DNA of 64,000 bases from an uncultured Candidatus Rokubacteria bacterium (GTDB lineage Bacteria > Methylomirabilota > Methylomirabilia > Rokubacteriales > CSP1-6). The DNA lies in NCBI GenBank assembly GCA_963754315.1, contig CAVWFS010000005.1, positions 1-64,000 of the forward strand. Reading direction: 5' to 3'. This document shows, piece by piece, positions 41,495 through 53,209 of this stretch. Position 1 is the stretch's first letter. Each line of letters opens with the position of its first letter. Made by a program: the position numbers and the translations under genes. A model generated the notes under the pieces. That model was not told the DNA's origin. It did no database searches and worked only from the letters and a program-made list of their open reading frames with translations.

Positions 41495-43103
41495 CTACCT
41501 CCCGACGCTGACCGACGTGAGGTCCACGAACCAGGACTGCGGCGGCACGAAGCCCTTGACCTTGGCGCGAGAGCGCGCGGGGGTTCAGGTCGTGGACGAT
41601 GAAGATCCACGGCGCGTCGTCGACGATGATCTCGTGCAGCTTCGCAAGGATCTCGTTCTGCCTGGCCGATGTCGAACGTCTGCGCGGCCTCGTCGAGGAG
41701 CTTGTCCACCTCGGGGTTGATGTACGGCATCGTGTTCAACGAGACCGGCACCACCGACTTCGAATGGAAGAAGCGGCCGAAGCGCCGACCACGGCTCCTG
41801 AGAAGTTGAACGAGATGTTCCAGGCGTTCATGCCCTCGTTCTCCCCGCTTGAAGCCGACGCCGGAAGCGCTGGGTGAGGGCGTTCCACTCCACCGGCTGG
41901 AGGTCGATGTCGATCCCGACCTCCTTCAGGTTCTTCTGCACGAGCTCGTTCATGGCGAGCGGCAGCATCTGCCCCGATCCGGAGGTGGAGATGAGTGCGA
42001 CGGGCTTCACCGGCCTCTTGCGCCGTCGAAGCCGGCCTGCCGGAGGAGCTCCTTCGCCTTCGCCGGATTGTACTCGTACGTCTCCTTGGGGTTGCCGAAC
42101 CACGGGTGCCCCTTGTACGTGACGCCGGTGGCCGGGGTGCACGTGTCGTTCAGGAGGCTCTTGCAGATGCCGACGCGGTCGACGGCGTAGTTCGCCGCCT
42201 TCCGCACGAGCTTGTTGTTCCACGGCTCCTTGTCGAGCCGAAGCGTGTGCGTCCAGTTGTGGGGGTAGGTGTTCGTCACGATCTGGAACCCGGCGCCCTT
42301 GAGCTGCGGGATGGCGTCGGGCGGCGGCACCTCGATCCAGTCGACCTGCCCGCTGCGGAGCGCGGCCAGCCGCGTGGTGGGCTCCGGCATGGGGAGGAAG
42401 ACGACCTTGTCGACCTTCGGCCGGCGCTTGGGGTCCCAGTAGTCCTTGAAGGCCTCGAGCTCGAGGCGCTCGCGCGGCACGAGCTTCGTCAGAGCGGAAC
42501 GGACCCGTGCCTGACGGCTGCTCGGCGAACTTGCGCCAGTCGCGGACCTTTTGCCACTGGGTCGGCGACACAATCAGCATGTAGACAGACCTGGTAGGGG
42601 ACAAAGCTGGTGCGGGTTGTTGGTCTCGATCTCGACCGTGTAGTCGTCGAGCTTCCGGATCGCCTTGAGCGACGCGAGGCGGGGGGTCACCTGGGCGGAC
42701 CCGTACGTGTCGAAGTGGGGCGCGTGCCTGCTTCTTGATCGACTCCCACGTGAAGACGACCGCGTCGGCGTTGAACGGGCTGCCGTCGTGGAACTTCGAC
42801 GTTCCGGCGCAGCTTGAACATCCACTTCGTCGGCTGGTCCTTGCGGACCTCCCACGACTCGGCGAGCCCGGGAACGAGCGGCGCGGGAGCGGTCGCTCGC
42901 GCGTGAGGTCCCACGCGATGAGGGGCTCGTAGAGCTGATAGCCGACGAAGCGGAAGCCCTCGAAGCCGTTGTCGGGCTGGCCGCCGCTGTAGGGGATGTC
43001 GCTCGCGGTCATGCCGATCCGGAGCGTGCCCTGCGCGCCGGCGGCGCCGGCGAGAGCGACGAGCGAGACGAAGCACGTCGCCACGCGTGATGAAGCGTCT
43101 CAT
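41495..43103 (-). CDS. Family-5 ABC substrate-binding protein, multiple frameshifts
   Basis: [54 protein letters not shown]. Confidence 0.8.
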
Positions 43104-43139
43104 GATGTCCTCCTTATGGCGATCGCTGCGCCGATGAGA

Positions 43140-44145
43140 GTCACGACAGGGATGGGGCCGCCACCGCAGCGCGACGCCGAACCGCTCGGGCACCAGGTGA
43201 CAGCTCGCGACGTGGCCGTCGCGCACGGCGGTGGAGCGCGGGCAGCGTCGTCCGGCACTCGTCGCGCACGAGCCGGCAGCGTGGGCGAACGCGCAGCCCG
43301 GCGGCAGCGCGGCGAGGTTCGGGGGCGCCCTGGGATCGGCACGAGCGGAATGCCCTTCTGGCCCCGCCGCACCGTGGCCTGCATGAGGCCCTCGGTGTAC
43401 GGGTGCGCCGGGGCGCTGAAGAGCTCGCTGATCGGCGCCTGCTCGACGATGCGCCCGGCGTACATCACCGCGGCGTCGTCGGCGATCTCGGCGGCCACGC
43501 CGAGGTCGTGGGTCACGAAGACGACGGCGAGGCCGAGCCGGCGCTGGAGATCGCGGAGCAGCCAGAGGATCTGCGCCTGCACGGTGACGTCGAGCGCCGT
43601 GGTGGGCTCGTCGGCCAGGAGCAGCTCGGGCTCGCACGCGAGCGCGATGGCGATCATCCCCCGCTGCCGCATGCCGCCCGAGATCTCGTGCGGGTAGCTC
43701 CGCAGCATGCGTTCGGGCGCCGGCACCTGGACGAGATCGATCAGCTCCCGCGCGCGGCGGCGCGCGGCGGCGGGCGTCCAACCCGCGGTGACGAACGAGG
43801 GTCTCGACGATCTGGTCGCCGATCGTGTACACGGGATCGAGCGCGGTCATCGGCTCCTGGAAGACCATGGCCGCGACGCGCCCGCGGAGCGCCTGGCGCT
43901 GGCGCTCGTCGAGGCGGTTCACGTCGCGGTCCTTGAGCAGCACCTGGCCGCGAGATCCGCGTGTGTGACGGCGGGTGCAGGCCGAGGATGGAGCGCAGGG
44001 TGACGCTCTTGCCCGAGCCCGACTCGCCGAGGAGCGCGAGCACCAGGCCCTTATCGACGTCGAAGGTGACGCCGTTGAGCGCCCGCACAAGCCCGTCCCG
44101 CGTGTCGAACTCGACGCAAAGATCACGCACGCACAGCAACGACAT
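43140..44145 (-). CDS. Peptide ABC ATPase (DppD-like), multiple frameshifts
   Basis: [45 protein letters not shown]. End approximate. Confidence 0.8.
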
Positions 44146-44241
44146 GGCCCTTCGCCTCTCGATCGCGGTCAGCGAGGACGGCGCGGGGATGATAGCACGG
44201 GCGCGCGGGCGGCGAGGAAGGCCGTCAGGACCTCACGTCAG

Positions 44242-44257
44242 TGGTATCCCCATTGCA
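44242..44257 (+). promoter_or_regulatory. Candidate sigma-54 (-24/-12) promoter
   Basis: TGGTATCCCCATTGCA: GG and GC 12 nt apart, 25 bp upstream of the SRPBCC ATG. Confidence 0.5.
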
Positions 44258-44281
44258 CGGCCACAATCTCGGGGGGTGCAT

Positions 44282-44689
44282 ATGGCTTCCATTCGCAGGG
44301 AAATTCTGGTCGAGGCCCGACCCGAGCGCGTGTGGGCGGCCGTTCGTGACGTCGGCGCGTTGCATCAGCGACTGGTGCCGGGATTTGTCGTCGACACCCG
44401 CCTCGAGACCGGGGCCAGAGTGGTCACCTTCGGGAACGGGATGGTGGTACGCGAGCTCATCGTCGACCTCGACGACGAGGCACGCCGCCTCGCGTGGTCC
44501 GCGCGCGGGGGTCGGTTTACCCATCACAACGCGTCCGTCCAGGTCCTGGCCGACGGCGAGGGACGCAGCCGCCTCATCTGGATCGCGGATCTGCTGCCCG
44601 ATGAGCTGGCCGCCGACATTCGCGCCATGATGGACCAGGCGGTCGCGGTCATGAAGCCCACCCTGGAGGAGCACGCGGGGAAGACCTGA
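44282..44689 (+). CDS. SRPBCC / polyketide-cyclase family protein
   Basis: MASIRREILVEARPERVWAAVRDVGALHQRLVPGFV, RVVTFGNG, HHNASVQV. Confidence 0.88.
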   Translation: MASIRREILVEARPERVWAAVRDVGALHQRLVPGFVVDTRLETGARVVTFGNGMVVRELIVDLDDEARRLAWSARGGRFTHHNASVQVLADGEGRSRLIWIADLLPDELAADIRAMMDQAVAVMKPTLEEHAGKT

Positions 44690-44740
44690 ACGCCGCCAGT
44701 CTGCCTTTGACCCTGCTGGCAACACTCCTCTATCATTGCC

Positions 44741-45177
44741 GTGAATCCCGGCGCCGTCACCGGCCGTTGCGAGCCGAGGCGACGTCTGGGAATCGATGCG
44801 AACATCATTCCGATCAGTTCCGACCGGATCCATCTGGCCCCCTCGTCCTGGTGCACCTTCCAGGCCACGGGGTTCGTGGTGATCACCTTCGTGCCGCAGA
44901 TGGCGGTGGCCGACCTGAACGCCGAGGAACTGCCGTCGTACCATCGCAACGTCGATAACGACGAGAGTGTGTTCGTGCACCACGACGAGTCCGGCAGCCG
45001 CAAGCCCGGATGCTGTCGCACACGCCGCACGGGATCTTGCACGGCGCCGACGAGGCGGCGCGCGCGGCCTTCCAGAAGCGACGCACGCCGGGGATGCGGC
45101 GAACCTTGTGCGGGGTGAGCGTGGACACCGATCGGTCGCTGGTGGCGTCGCCCGTGTACGAGCGACTGACGCTCTAG
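44741..45177 (+). pseudogene. C-terminal fragment of homogentisate 1,2-dioxygenase-like cupin
   Basis: FQATGFVVITFVP, PSYHRNVDNDE, then shifted SHTPHGILHG...VSVDTDRSL..*. The N-terminal portion is absent. Confidence 0.65.
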
Positions 45178-45346
45178 CGAGGCTCCAGTCTGCTCGACGG
45201 GTGAATCTGGACCTGCATCGCTCCGTCCTATGGATGTAGCTTCCTCATCACCTCCAACCCCCAGGGGGCGGTCCAGCCCCCCGCCCTCTGGGGCCCCCCT
45301 CTGCATCATACCGACAGCGTGGCCGCGAAATGACTCGGTGTGTCAG
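45028..45346 (+). repeat. Dispersed duplicate, copy 2
   Basis: Matches 36398-36716 at an offset of 8630 bp. Confidence 0.9.
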
Positions 45347-45639
45347 ACGTGTGGCTTGTTACAGTGAATATCAATATATCCAGGCTCTTGCACGCGATCA
45401 TCTGAGGCTGGATCGAGGAAGTTGGCGCATCTACTCGACACTTGAGGCGCAGGCCATTGGCCTCCCGCTTCATCAGGCGGGAATCTCCCCCAAAGACACG
45501 TTGGAAGACGCCTTTGCCGCATTGAAGAAGGCGGAGCCGACCAAAGAGGCGGGCTGGCGCTCGCGGATCACGGGAGTGCCTGGAAGGTCAGGCCGATGAC
45601 CAGGATCTGCACCGAACGGGCGTGCGTCTCGGGCCTGGG

Positions 45640-46314
45640 CTAGCGCGCCGGCAGCGTGAATGGCGCGCCGCCCCACCGTTCGCGCACCGCGAACTCGGGC
45701 ACGGGCTTGCGCTTGAGCCGGGTGAGCGATTGCACGGGGCGTCCGAGCGGCATGATCGCGGCCACCGCCACATGAGTGGGAATGCCGAGCAGCTTCTGGA
45801 TCTCCGGCTCCTGGGCGACGGCGAGGGTGGTGATGGTGCCGCCGAAGCCTTCCTGGCGCGCCGCCATGAGAATGTTCCAGGCGAAGGGGTAGATCGACGC
45901 TCCGCTGATGACGCCGACGCGCCGCAGCTCCTGATCGGTGGACGCGACCACCTTCAGGTCGACGCAGACGACCAGGACCACCGGCGCCTTCAGATGAGAC
46001 TCGGTCAAGCGCTTGGGCGCGGGAGTTTTCGCGATGGTGGCGGCGTCGACCCCGGTCGGGTCGATCGTGTTCCACGGGCTCTCCCCGGCCGCCTGCTGGG
46101 CGGCGTAGCGCTTGGCGGCGGGCTCGTTCAGGGCGGACAGACGCTCCTTGGCTGCACGATCGCGGACGATGATGACACGCCAGCCCTGGCGGTTGCCGCC
46201 GCTCGGCGCGAAACGGGCGTGGTCGAGGATCTTGAAGATCACGTCATCCGGTAGCGGATCGTCTGTGAAATCACGGGCGGAAAAGGTCGTACGCATAGCG
46301 TCGTAGAGATCCAT
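45640..46314 (-). CDS. Nitroreductase family protein
   Basis: ARFAPSGGNRQGW, GASIYPFAWNILMAARQEGFG, MPLGRP. Confidence 0.9.
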   Translation of the reverse strand: MDLYDAMRTTFSARDFTDDPLPDDVIFKILDHARFAPSGGNRQGWRVIIVRDRAAKERLSALNEPAAKRYAAQQAAGESPWNTIDPTGVDAATIAKTPAPKRLTESHLKAPVVLVVCVDLKVVASTDQELRRVGVISGASIYPFAWNILMAARQEGFGGTITTLAVAQEPEIQKLLGIPTHVAVAAIMPLGRPVQSLTRLKRKPVPEFAVRERWGGAPFTLPAR

Positions 46315-46464
46315 CAGCGTCCTCCGAACAGATGTCAGCGCGGCCGATTCCGGCCGCCGGTCACCGTGAGAGTATTCCTTCCCCGGTGCTGGCGTAAAGG
46401 CCGCCTATCGAACCCGGGGGGACCGCCAGGAGTAGAATGGCAAGGACAACATGAGGAGGTCGCG

Positions 46465-46983
46465 ATGAAAAATAAGGGGTGGTCTCACGTGTCCCTATCG
46501 ACCCTTGACATGGACAAGACGCGGGCGTTCTACGAGGGGGTTCTCGGGTTCCCCGCCGTGCGCTGTGACATCATCAAGGTCAAAGAAGGGGGCCAGATCC
46601 GGCACGCCTTCTTCGACACCGGGGAGGGCCAGCTCCTCGCGTTCATGGAGCCCCACGATATTCCGGGTGTGGCCACCGCGTACGACGCGGGGATCAACGG
46701 CGCTCTCGGCGTGCCGGAAGGTGTCTACCACTTTGCCTTCGAGGCCGGCACTCCCGAGGGGCTCGCGACGAAACGCGCCGAGTTGATCGCCAAGGGCGTG
46801 AAGGTGACGCCCGTCGTCGACCACGACTGGGCCCGCTCGATCTACTTCAAGGATCCGAACGGGCTTCTCCTGGAGTACTGCTGCTACACGCGCCAGCTCA
46901 ACGAGGACGACGCGCGAATGCTGCCCCGCTTCGAGATGAGCGTGCGGGGCGAATCGCGCCTGACCGACTTCCGCGATCACTAG
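46465..46983 (+). CDS. VOC / glyoxalase family protein
   Basis: HVSLSTLDMDKTRAFYEGVLG, YHFAF, SIYFKDPNGLLLE. Confidence 0.9.
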   Translation: MKNKGWSHVSLSTLDMDKTRAFYEGVLGFPAVRCDIIKVKEGGQIRHAFFDTGEGQLLAFMEPHDIPGVATAYDAGINGALGVPEGVYHFAFEAGTPEGLATKRAELIAKGVKVTPVVDHDWARSIYFKDPNGLLLEYCCYTRQLNEDDARMLPRFEMSVRGESRLTDFRDH

Positions 46984-47063
46984 TCGCTAGGGCGCAATCG
47001 TCCTGCGTGTCGGAGGTGGAGTCCGGCAGCCTCTGGGCGAGCCTATCGACCTGGCCCTCACCC

Positions 47064-47393
47064 TCATGGCCCCGGCTCGTTGATGCGCTCGCGGCGGGCG
47101 GCGACGAAGTTATAGACGGTGGCGAGAAAGTACCCGGCGAGAAATCCGCAGACGAAGCCATAGGCGAACCCCACGAAGCTGCCCAGAAACGTCACCCGGT
47201 ATCCGATGAAGAACTGGCCCAGCAAGCTGAGGTGGGGGCCGACGACCGCACCGCCCTTGAGGACGAGCCAGTTCGTGGCGATGAAGATGGCCAGCCCGAG
47301 CAGCAAGCCTACGGCCACCCCCTGGATGGTCGCATTGAGACGAAGGAGACGGGTGAGGACGATCTCCTCGAGTTTCCCCTCAGGAGCGTCCAT
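47064..47393 (-). CDS. Small membrane protein, paralog of the oxidoreductase C-terminal domain
   Basis: LVLKGGAVVGPHLSLLGQFFIGYRVT versus LVMKGGDVVGPNLVLLAQYFPGYSVT in the upstream gene. Confidence 0.75.
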   Translation of the reverse strand: MDAPEGKLEEIVLTRLLRLNATIQGVAVGLLLGLAIFIATNWLVLKGGAVVGPHLSLLGQFFIGYRVTFLGSFVGFAYGFVCGFLAGYFLATVYNFVAARRERINEPGP

Positions 47394-47435
47394 GCGGCCG
47401 TCCCTCCGTGCCGACGAACCGAGTCCCCATGCCCC

Positions 47436-49223
47436 TTACAGGTACTCCAGTAAGTTCCGCGTGAGCAATCGCTCGGCCCGGCGCCGGGTGAGAACCATGT
47501 AGAGAACCACGACCGCGTTGCGGAGGAACGCCAAGGTCCAGCCTCCCAGAAATCCCGCCACGAACCCGTAGAGCAAGCCCACGAAGGCGCCGCCGACGGT
47601 CACACTGTAGCCGGGGAAATATTGGGCAAGAAGAACGAGATTAGGACCGACGACGTCGCCACCCTTCATGACCAGGATCAGCGAGGCCAGACACAGGATC
47701 AGCCCGGCCGTCAGCCCGAGACTGACTCCAAGAGCGAGGCGGTCGAGCTTGGGGAAGGCGCGGGCCAGCGTCTCCCCGAGCTGCGGGATCTCCTCCCGAT
47801 GCAGGGCCTCCTCTTGGTACTCCTGGTCCGTATTAACACGCCAGAGATCGTGGCGCTCGCCTCGCACGCTGTTCCGCACGGCGAGCATCCCGGTGAGCAT
47901 GGCGTGATCCTGGTTGTTATAGCGATGGAGCCCGTTGCGGCCGATGGTCTGGAAGTTCTCGAGCTGGTCGACGAACTCCCGGATGACCGCCAGATGCTCG
48001 CGGTAGCTCGAATCGTAGACAGGATACGCCTGGGGAACGCGGACGACGCACCCGTCCTCGAGGTCGGCGTAATGAGCGAGCCCGATCCGCTCGACCTCCC
48101 GCTTGCCCAGCTCGACGAGATCGGCATCGGACGAGGTCCAAAGCTCGTCGCCTTTCGAGCAGAAATACTCCAGACCCAGGCTGGACTTGCTCGGCACCGG
48201 CACCATGTCCGGACTCCAGCTTCGAAAGTTCTGGATGCGACCCACCCGGACCTCGGGCGAGTGGATATAGATCCAGTTATCCGGAAAGGTATCCGGCTTG
48301 TTGACGATCAGGCACACGGTCAGAAAGTCGCGGTACGTGAGATGAGCGGCGGCCTCCACGACGGCCGGCGGGGCCGGCGGCTCCAGCCGATTGATGAACT
48401 CCGTGACCGGCATGCTGGAGATGAAGTCACTGGCCCTGATGGTGGTCCGGCCACCCTCGGCCGCCACGACGACGCTGTCGATGCGCGATCCTTGGCGATT
48501 GATGCGGACGACCTCACTCCCGGCCAGCACCATCCCCTGGCGCCGCTCGATCTCCGCTTTCACGGCGTTCCACATCATCCCCGGCCCCAGCCGCGGATAG
48601 TGAAACTCTTCGATCAGGCTCTTGATCGTCCGCTTGGGCTTGACGAACATGCCGAGGATGGCCGTGCGGAGCGACAGACCTCTGATGCGCTGGGCCGCCC
48701 ACTCCGCCTTCAGGCTCGAGCAGGGAATACCCCACACCTTCTCCGTGTATGTCTTGAAGAAAATGCGGAACAAGTGCCGCCCAAACCGGTTGGTCACCCA
48801 CTGCTCGAACGTGTCCTCCGGGCGGTAGGGAAAGAGCTGCCAGCGCAGGTAGCTCAGGACGACGAGGAGGCTCTGGAAGAGACCCAATCCCGCGAGGGCG
48901 TTGAGGGGGCGCAGAGGATAGTGAAAGAACCTTCCCTTGTAGTAGATCCGTGAGAGGCGGGGCCGACGGAGGAAGTCGTTCTGGAGGACCTCGTGCCACA
49001 TCTTGTCGACTTCCGAGACCTTGGTGAAGAATCGGTGGCCACCCATGTCGAAGTGAAAGCCTCTGTAGTTGACGGTGCGGGCCAGGCCGCCTACGGTATC
49101 CAGCTTCTCGACAACGATGGGCGGGAAGCCGAGCTTGGTCAGCTCGTAGGCCGCGGTCAACCCCGCCGGGCCCCCACCGATGATCAGGAACCGGCGGTCG
49201 AGGCCGCGTTCGACGACGCTCAC
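47436..49223 (-). CDS. FAD-dependent oxidoreductase (UDP-galactopyranose mutase/HemY-like) with C-terminal membrane domain
   Basis: IIGGGPAGLTAA, DMGGHRFF, DNWIYIH, GLEYFC, GRNGLHRYNNQDHAM. GTG overlaps the GT2 stop. Confidence 0.82.
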   Translation of the reverse strand: MSVVERGLDRRFLIIGGGPAGLTAAYELTKLGFPPIVVEKLDTVGGLARTVNYRGFHFDMGGHRFFTKVSEVDKMWHEVLQNDFLRRPRLSRIYYKGRFFHYPLRPLNALAGLGLFQSLLVVLSYLRWQLFPYRPEDTFEQWVTNRFGRHLFRIFFKTYTEKVWGIPCSSLKAEWAAQRIRGLSLRTAILGMFVKPKRTIKSLIEEFHYPRLGPGMMWNAVKAEIERRQGMVLAGSEVVRINRQGSRIDSVVVAAEGGRTTIRASDFISSMPVTEFINRLEPPAPPAVVEAAAHLTYRDFLTVCLIVNKPDTFPDNWIYIHSPEVRVGRIQNFRSWSPDMVPVPSKSSLGLEYFCSKGDELWTSSDADLVELGKREVERIGLAHYADLEDGCVVRVPQAYPVYDSSYREHLAVIREFVDQLENFQTIGRNGLHRYNNQDHAMLTGMLAVRNSVRGERHDLWRVNTDQEYQEEALHREEIPQLGETLARAFPKLDRLALGVSLGLTAGLILCLASLILVMKGGDVVGPNLVLLAQYFPGYSVTVGGAFVGLLYGFVAGFLGGWTLAFLRNAVVVLYMVLTRRRAERLLTRNLLEYL

Positions 49224-50245
49224 GACGTCCTCTGCTCGGGCCGAGGGGTCAGCACGGGGCTCCGGGCTTGGCGCCCCCACCGGAAGGTCACCCAGACGTA
49301 CAGGTAGCTTAGCCCGCTGTAGACATAGTAGAGGAGGTGAAGCAGGATACACGCCGCCGTGAAGCGCAGGCCGTGCTGTCGCCAGAAAAAGGCATAGAGC
49401 GCGCGGTTCAGCACGAGGACGCCAACCAAGGCGCCGGCGGCCAGACCGAGGAACCACGCCCAGAACCAAGCGAGTACGAAGAAGCTGCCGGCCAGGGCAA
49501 CCAGAATCGCGCTGAGGCGCTGTCCCCAGGCCAGATTGAGATCGTCTCGCATCGCCCGGCGCTCGAGAACGAGGCGGGCCCACGGAATCGCGCGGCGGGT
49601 GACATCAGTGCGGACGAGAGAGGCCAAGGTCCAGCGCTTCAGGTGCGTTCCCTGGATTTCGCGGTCGAGGCGGATGCGATGACCGGCGGCGTGGAGTCGG
49701 TAGCCGAGCTCGATATCCTCGATCGAGGACTGCGGGAAGCGCGCAACGTCGAAGCCGCCGCTGGCCTCAAACACCGTCCGGCGGATCGCGCCGCAACCGG
49801 CCCAGAACGTGGAAGCGTTCGCGTTGCCGTGCTGGTGGACAAAATGATGGAGAAGGTTCCGATACCGGGATATCACTCCGGGATGGCGCGGGCGCGCGTC
49901 GTAGGAGCCAAAGACCGCGGCCAGCTCCGGATCCTCGGTGAAGGCTGCCCGGACGCGATCGACCACGTCGGGGGCCACGACCACGTCCGCATCGACGAAG
50001 AGGACGATATCGCCGCCCGCGGCCAGGGCGCCGTCGTTGCGGGCAGCACCGGGGCCCCCGTTCTGGGATCGACGAAGAACGCGGATCCCATGGGCGACGG
50101 CGCGGGAGGCGGTGTCGTCAGTGGACGCATCGTCGACGACCAAGATTTCGGCGTCGACGGGGGCGGCCCGCTCGAGGGCGGAGAGGCAGAGGAGGAGGTC
50201 GTCGGCGTTGTTGTGGGCGGGCACGACGATGGAGATTCGCAGCAC
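49220..50245 (-). CDS. Family 2 glycosyltransferase with C-terminal TM helices
   Basis: ISIVVPAHN, VVDDASTD, ARNDG, LFVDAD, IEDIELG. Confidence 0.9.
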   Translation of the reverse strand: MLRISIVVPAHNNADDLLLCLSALERAAPVDAEILVVDDASTDDTASRAVAHGIRVLRRSQNGGPGAARNDGALAAGGDIVLFVDADVVVAPDVVDRVRAAFTEDPELAAVFGSYDARPRHPGVISRYRNLLHHFVHQHGNANASTFWAGCGAIRRTVFEASGGFDVARFPQSSIEDIELGYRLHAAGHRIRLDREIQGTHLKRWTLASLVRTDVTRRAIPWARLVLERRAMRDDLNLAWGQRLSAILVALAGSFFVLAWFWAWFLGLAAGALVGVLVLNRALYAFFWRQHGLRFTAACILLHLLYYVYSGLSYLYVWVTFRWGRQARSPVLTPRPEQRTS

Positions 50246-50315
50246 CTATCCCAACCCCATAGGATGAGTCTACCCGACCCGACGCGGAAGCCTGTTCAAC
50301 CGTCTTCATGCATCG

Positions 50316-53100
50316 TCACCGCAGAACAAGGTTGATGAGCAGCCACTCGGCCACCGGGTCGTACCACTCCGAGGCGGGATCCAGCCGGTCGACGAGGCGG
50401 AGCAGGGCGACAATGATCTCCCCCTGGCCATGCCGAATTCGCACCAGCACCGGCTCCTTCTCATTGTTCCCCCACATGACCGGTTCGAGGTCAGGCGCTC
50501 GACTGGAAACGAACCCGTCGGCGACCGTGCCGGGCAGTCCATTCCAGCGCGTGAAGAACTGGAGGGGAATGCCGGACAGTATGTCCTGCCCGGCCGAGCC
50601 GTAGGCGAACACGCGTGACGTGGGTAACCCGGGACGGATCGTGAAATCCACCAGGCTCGGCCACGACCAGTGGCGGGGATCGAGGACCACCAAGCGAGCC
50701 CCGCGCGCCACCGCGTCCAGCAACGCCTTCGTCGCCCCGTCATCATTCGACTCCGAAACGACACGGCTGCCGACGACAATCCGAGATGCCGCCAGCAAGG
50801 TCGGAGACACCCAGGTCCCGACGTGCGATTCCCATCCGGTCAAACCAGCGCTCCAGCGCTCGATCAGCACCCACGAGCACGACGTCCGTCGGTCCGCGCC
50901 TCGGCGGCATCTGCGGAGGAGCAACCGCGTGCACGGCCCGCTGGCTCACCACCGCCCGGTGGCCGGGCCGGCGCAAGACGGCCGCCAGGATGGTACGTGC
51001 CTGGCCGGGCGGGCACGGGCCATTCGACGGCGATGGTGCGACGGAATTGCGCAGGCAGGGTCCGGCGGATCCGGCGCCGAAAGACCGCTTGGGCGAGCGC
51101 GGCCCTCCTCGGGTACGAAGAGGGGATGCTCGGCGGTGATATACACATCGACGGTCACCGGCGCCGCCGCATCCGTCTCGTTCATGAACACCAGGTCGGT
51201 GCGAACGCGTCGCCCGGCGACGAAAATTGCGATCGAACAGCTCCCAACTCGCCAGCACTGGCGCCATGGCGCTGTGCAGGGCCGCCGCCATCGGGGTGGC
51301 GAACTCCGGGCGCCAGTTGTTACCGCGAAATCGAGTCCATCCCGCGTACATGTAGGGGAGAATCACGTCGAATCCGAGCCGCCGCATGACCTCGGTGTCT
51401 TCGGCCGCCACCTCCGCGAATTCGAGCGCGGCCCCGGGATGATCGGGGCGACCAAGGCGACGGGTGACGATCTCCGCGCGCGGGCCGAGATAGTTCATGT
51501 ACTCGGTACTGCCGAGGGCGCGCCGTGGATCTGTTGGCGGCCGCCCGCCGCGCCATCAGGGCCAGCTCGCCGTCGTGCGCGTTGGTGTAGTTCAGGGTGG
51601 GATGAATGGTGACGAGATCATCGGTCCCAAGGTCGTCGCCCGTGCGCACGATCAGCCGCGTGGGATCGAGCGTGCGCACGAGTTGCTGGTAGGGCCCGAT
51701 CTCCCAGTCGGTGTCGCCCCGCGGCTCGTTGCTGATCACCCAGGCGACGATCGAGGGGTGGTTCCAGAGCTTCGTGATCCAGCCCGTGGCGTCGGCGAGC
51801 ACGTTGCGGTGAAACTGCTGCCGTTGTTCGGGCGTGAACTCGAAATCCAGATAGTTGTGGGTCACGGGAAATTCGGCGAGCAGCATCATCCCATGCGCGT
51901 CGGCGACGTTGGCCCAGTGGGTCGGCGGTGGCAGGGTGTGGGTGCGAAAGCTGTTGAGGTTCATCTGGCGCGCCTCGTCGACGATGTAGCGCTTGGCGTC
52001 ACGAAACTCGCCCCCCCAGGACCATTCGTAAACGAGATTCGACCCCCGCAGCCAGAGGGGTCTCTTGTTCATCAAGACATGCCCGCGCTCCACCCCGAGG
52101 GCGCGCATGCCGAAATGAAGACGCGCACGATCCAGCGTCTGCCCGCCCGCCGTCGCCTCAATCTCGGCGAGATACAGGTTGGGCGCCTGCGGGCTCCACC
52201 GCCTCAGCCCGCGCATGGGCACGGCGATCTCGATGGGCCCGGCGGTTCCCCCGATGTCGATCTCGCCCACGCCGGCCGGGGGCGCCGCGCGGTGGCCGTT
52301 CTCTCGCGGTCTTCGGCCAGACACGGACCCGCGCGCGGGCACCAGGTGGCCGATCACCAACGCCGTCGATGACCACGCGAAACCGCGCGCGCCCGCCTTC
52401 CGGATCGGGCACGGCGAGGATCCACTTGAAATAAACGCCGTCGTAGAACTCGATCCAGATGTCGTCGAAGATGGCGCGGCGCCCGCTGACCCCAGAATAG
52501 GTCCGCGCCCACGGGAATGGTCGGCACCCCCGCCTTGGACTTCTCCAGGGCCGCCCACCCCGGAATCTTGAGCAGGATCTCGTTGGCGCCGGCCCTGAGC
52601 AGTCCACGTGGGAGCACGATGGCGTGAGGTCCAATGGGCGCGTGGTTCCCAATCTCCTGCCCGTTGACGTACGCGGTGGCACCATAGCGGATACCACCCC
52701 ATCGCAAGACAGCGTCCCGGGCGCCCCGGGTGGTGTCGAGCTCGAAGCGCCGCCGCAACCAAACGTTGCGCAACATCTCGTTTTCGGCCCGACTCTGCCC
52801 AGAAACGATCGGTCCAGGGATCGCCACCGCCTCCCATGGGCCTAGCTGCGCCGCGATCTCGGGCCGCCAGACCTCGGCGGCCGCCTGCTCGCGCAGGCGC
52901 TCCCACACACCGCCGAGTGAAAGCGCGTCGCGTTCGATGTCGAGGACGAGGGCGGGCGGGCGCCCGGGCGCGGGACTCGCCATCACCGCGCCGATGGGAA
53001 GAAGGCCAACCAGGAAGGCCGCCGTGGCCAGGCACACCGTACCGAGCGATCGTCGCTCTCCGTCGACGGTGGCCCGCAATGCTCGCTTGGTCCGACTCAT
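50316..53100 (-). CDS. Secreted GH2-like glycoside hydrolase, multiple frameshifts
   Basis: Signal peptide; LSLGGVW, VWLRRRF, ATAYVNG, WSPQAPNLY, FGMR, MNLNSFRTH, NHPSIVAWVISNE. Confidence 0.75.
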
Positions 53101-53209
53101 TCCCGTCGAGGGGTGATGCTACCACCTGTCCAACGCGGCCGGCGCGCTGGATCGAGGTATACTGCGCAGGGATACAAGGCTCATTCGCCACCTACGGCTC
53201 GCCGACACC

